A DNA stretch of 64,000 nucleotides. Origin: Fistulifera solaris. Lineage: Eukaryota. Below, piece after piece: positions 61,183 through 64,000 of this stretch. The translations under genes and the position numbers were made by a program. How positions within the stretch are numbered: the stretch's first letter is position 1; every line of letters begins with the position of its first letter. The notes under the pieces were generated by a model. It was not told where the DNA came from and searched no databases. It was given only the letters and a program-made list of their open reading frames with translations. The stretch covers positions 1,426,001 to 1,490,000 of the forward strand of contig AP026164.1 of assembly GCA_030295235.1 (NCBI GenBank), read 5' to 3'.

Positions 61183-61702
61183 ATGACATCAACCATCTCT
61201 CACCGGCAGCAATTAGATCAGCTTTTTGCGTTTGACAGTATCGCCTCTGTTGTTTTTGGTACATTGGCACTTTTATCTCCTCATCACGTGGTCGAACAGC
61301 TTGGTGGAGGATACAACCACTCAACACACGAAGCTTTACGGTACGTGACTCTTGGGTGTCAAATGTTGTACGGAGTTTTTTTCTCTCGATTGTCGTTCTT
61401 ATTTCAACTTTCGTAGTCTATACGGGTGCTTGCGTCTGGCTTGCGGCTGGATACTCTGGCATGTAAGGAGAGTCGATGACGGGATTTTTCGTCGTCATGT
61501 TTGTGAAGCACTGCTTACATGCTACACCCTACAGTCGTTGGCTGTAATGAGAGCTCAATTTACTGACAAACACGTAATAGTCAACTGGATAGCTATCCTG
61601 ATCTTGCTGGGTCTATCTGCCGCGTACGCTTCTTTCAGATTTGGAAGCGGAGGGCATATGATAAAAGTTTACGAACTTCCTACCTCTGGGAATTTACAAT
61701 AG
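61183..61702 (+). CDS. Small four-helix membrane protein of unknown function; intron 61341-61416
   Basis: The GT-AG intron joins the two ORFs in frame (EALR|LYGCL); hydrophobic segments. Confidence 0.7.
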
Positions 61703-61964
61703 CAGAGATTTACGACATGCTTCGATAAACCGTCCGATTCGACACTCAAGAGCATGAGTACGTTTCGACGGGTTTCCGGCGCTCATTACTAAAAAGGTTT
61801 GATGATTTGTTTCCTACGCACAGAACAGCACAGATTGATCATCGCACCCCATGTCCGTCTATTTCCCTAACAAAACTGCATAGCAATGTTCCAATCAGAT
61901 TAGTTTGATAAGCTTTATGATTACAAAAAACTAGAGGTGTATCAGCAGATCATGGCGAAACCTC

Positions 61965-64000
61965 TTATAGACGCCAGGCCATGCCATCGGAAACGAGAAT
62001 TCGGCTTTCGTCGATCAGCTGTGCTAATGCATGCTGAAAGACCTCTTGCTCGACGCCCGCATTTTCTTCGAGATCCTCGACGCTGACAGTCTCTTGTTCT
62101 TCGATACGCTCCCAAATGTAGTCTTTGACGGAATGAATCGGGTCTTGCCTGTCGCTACTTTGTGCATCGTTCTCGTCGTCGCTCACTCGAGCTCGAAGGT
62201 TGTGCTCGTTCTCGGACGATTCGTTCCTTGTCTCATCGGAGAATGTTTCTCGCGTCCTCTTTCTGCTGACATTTTCGTGATATAGTGCAAAACTAAGAAT
62301 GTCCATAGCGGCAGAACAGTCCGGCTCGGATTCAACAGTCTCGCTTAATCGAGCTTTCGCATGTGCAGTTGCCAGTCGGATGACTGTTTCCAAGCTACGT
62401 GCAGTGATAGGTAGAGTTCGCTCGTCTTGACGAGCACGCATTTCCGCATACCGGTGCGCGATGAACTCTCTAGCGTCTTCGGTCAGTTTTGGCTGAATGC
62501 GATGCTTGGCAAAATATAAATACTTCCGAAGGAAATCATGTTGTAGGACATCGCCGTCGTGGGGGTCTTCGTCATGTGAGGATCCCTGTTCCTCAACATA
62601 GTGGCGATCGCGCTGCCATACGGAGTGGACGCGCTCTTCGCTTCGACCGAAGAAATCGTCTTCATCATCGTCATCGTCGTAATCACTGTCATGACCTGAT
62701 GTCCCCCGGCCGCTGCGGTATCGATGCCCCCTAATGACATGTGATGCAATCCTCCGGTCCGTCTCCGGATCCATCTGATCAAGAACGACAAAAAGCAAAT
62801 CGAAACGGCTCAGAAGTGAGTCGGGAAGACCGATGTTTTCCTGAATACGGCGGTGACGATCGTATTGTCCGTACACAGGGTTAGCAGCTGCAAGAACGGA
62901 ACAACGCGCGTTTAAGCTAGCATGAATTCCGGCCTTGGAAATAGTGACAGTCTGTTGTTCCATGGCCTCGTGGATTGCAACGCGATCACTTTCCCCCATC
63001 TTGTCGAATTCGTCGATACAAACGAGACCACGATCGGCCAGCACCATGGCACCTGCCTCTAAGCGGCGCTCTCGAGTTTCTGGATCGGAAGTGATGGCCG
63101 CAGTAAGACCAACACCAGATGAGCCTTTACCAGTTGTTGAAACAGCGAGAGGTGCGATCGTCATAGCGGACCGAAGAAGTTGACTTTTCGCAGTCGATGG
63201 ATCTCCAACCATGAGGATATTGATATCACCTCGAAGATGTGTACCATTCTCTAAGTTTTTCTCCACCCCAGATAGCAACTGCAAAGCAAGAGCTTTCTTG
63301 ATGACAGCATGTCCGTGAATGGACGGACATATACTTCGTCCAAGTACCGACAAGATATCCGGACGTTCCGCCAAACCACGAATGTTTCGAATGTCTTCAG
63401 TGCGAATGTCCATTTGATTAGCATCTCTCCCCAAAATTTGAACGCTATTCACAAGAACAACGGTACGGAATACGCCAGATGAACTTTGTTGCCCTTGACC
63501 CCCCAGCGCAAGAGCTCTGTAGACTCCAACAATCATAACCCTATCGCCAGGCTTTACTTTGTCAACGAGATCATGATCCATAACCAATTCAACCGAGCGA
63601 GGTAATTGTCCCATCGGAGCCTTTTCCGGCATCTCTTGTAGCGTAATTGTTTGATGATCTTTGTATTGACTCAGACCAAACTCCGTCTCCAAGGGATTTC
63701 CGTCTTTATCTTTCGTGGGATAAATACCTGTTGTGATTTTCACGATTCGATCGATTTCCTGGCCACTGCTATCAACGTCGCGAAGACCAAGTCGGGGGTC
63801 TGTGGCATCAACATGCTCACGTGAAGTAAGGGAACCATTGTCGGGTCTGTAGTGCACCGATTTCACAACTTTGGGCTTAATCGTTGAAACCTTTGTAGCC
63901 ACACCTTCGACGCACACTAGTTGCCGAAGTGTGCTGGAAGTAAGGTCACGGGGAGAAGAAGCAGCTGCATCGACAGGGCCTTTGATAGATACTTTGATTT
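61965..64000 (-). CDS. MCM3: DNA replication licensing factor MCM3 (5' end beyond window)
   Basis: YPTKDKDGNPLETEFGLS.YKDHQ, RGDINILMVGDPSTAKSQLLR, CIDEFDKM, SLLSRFDL. Confidence 0.95.
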   Translation of the reverse strand, partial: IKVSIKGPVDAAASSPRDLTSSTLRQLVCVEGVATKVSTIKPKVVKSVHYRPDNGSLTSREHVDATDPRLGLRDVDSSGQEIDRIVKITTGIYPTKDKDGNPLETEFGLSQYKDHQTITLQEMPEKAPMGQLPRSVELVMDHDLVDKVKPGDRVMIVGVYRALALGGQGQQSSSGVFRTVVLVNSVQILGRDANQMDIRTEDIRNIRGLAERPDILSVLGRSICPSIHGHAVIKKALALQLLSGVEKNLENGTHLRGDINILMVGDPSTAKSQLLRSAMTIAPLAVSTTGKGSSGVGLTAAITSDPETRERRLEAGAMVLADRGLVCIDEFDKMGESDRVAIHEAMEQQTVTISKAGIHASLNARCSVLAAANPVYGQYDRHRRIQENIGLPDSLLSRFDLLFVVLDQMDPETDRRIASHVIRGHRYRSGRGTSGHDSDYDDDDDEDDFFGRSEERVHSVWQRDRHYVEEQGSSHDEDPHDGDVLQHDFLRKYLYFAKHRIQPKLTEDAREFIAHRYAEMRARQDERTLPITARSLETVIRLATAHAKARLSETVESEPDCSAAMDILSFALYHENVSRKRTRETFSDETRNESSENEHNLRARVSDDENDAQSSDRQDPIHSVKDYIWERIEEQETVSVEDLEENAGVEQEVFQHALAQLIDESRILVSDGMAWRL

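Overview
Gene-dense eukaryotic nuclear DNA, most likely from a pennate diatom. The evidence is short GT-AG introns, bipartite 'ASAF'-type plastid presequences and a UGPase-PGM fusion. About 20 protein genes are present: Asp/Asn hydroxylase-like, Costars (absent from the ORF track), a lumenal protein, UGP/PGM, RBMX2, COPI-associated, a CPA antiporter, TBCE, two FKBPs, VPS13, TRM5, a PH-ANK-R-SNARE protein, Cpn21, a CW zinc-finger protein, a GAF-like kinase, SAP-DLH, a SHOC1-like candidate, HCAR/BciB-like, PLK and MCM3. Many are broken by single-base frameshifts, several at homopolymers, which are probably assembly errors. The main finding is a circularly permuted tRNA-Arg(ACG) gene at 5067-5148 (minus strand). 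Its 3' half lies upstream of its 5' half, the break is at the canonical 37/38 intron site, the leader and trailer form a relaxed bulge-helix-bulge, and it has an upstream TATA and a T4 terminator. A damaged second copy (11312-11397) lies in a ~1.05 kb inverted duplication that shows reciprocal decay. The window also holds two MITEs, a palindromic satellite family and a recurrent intergenic dyad motif. All calls come from reading the sequence; no searches were run.
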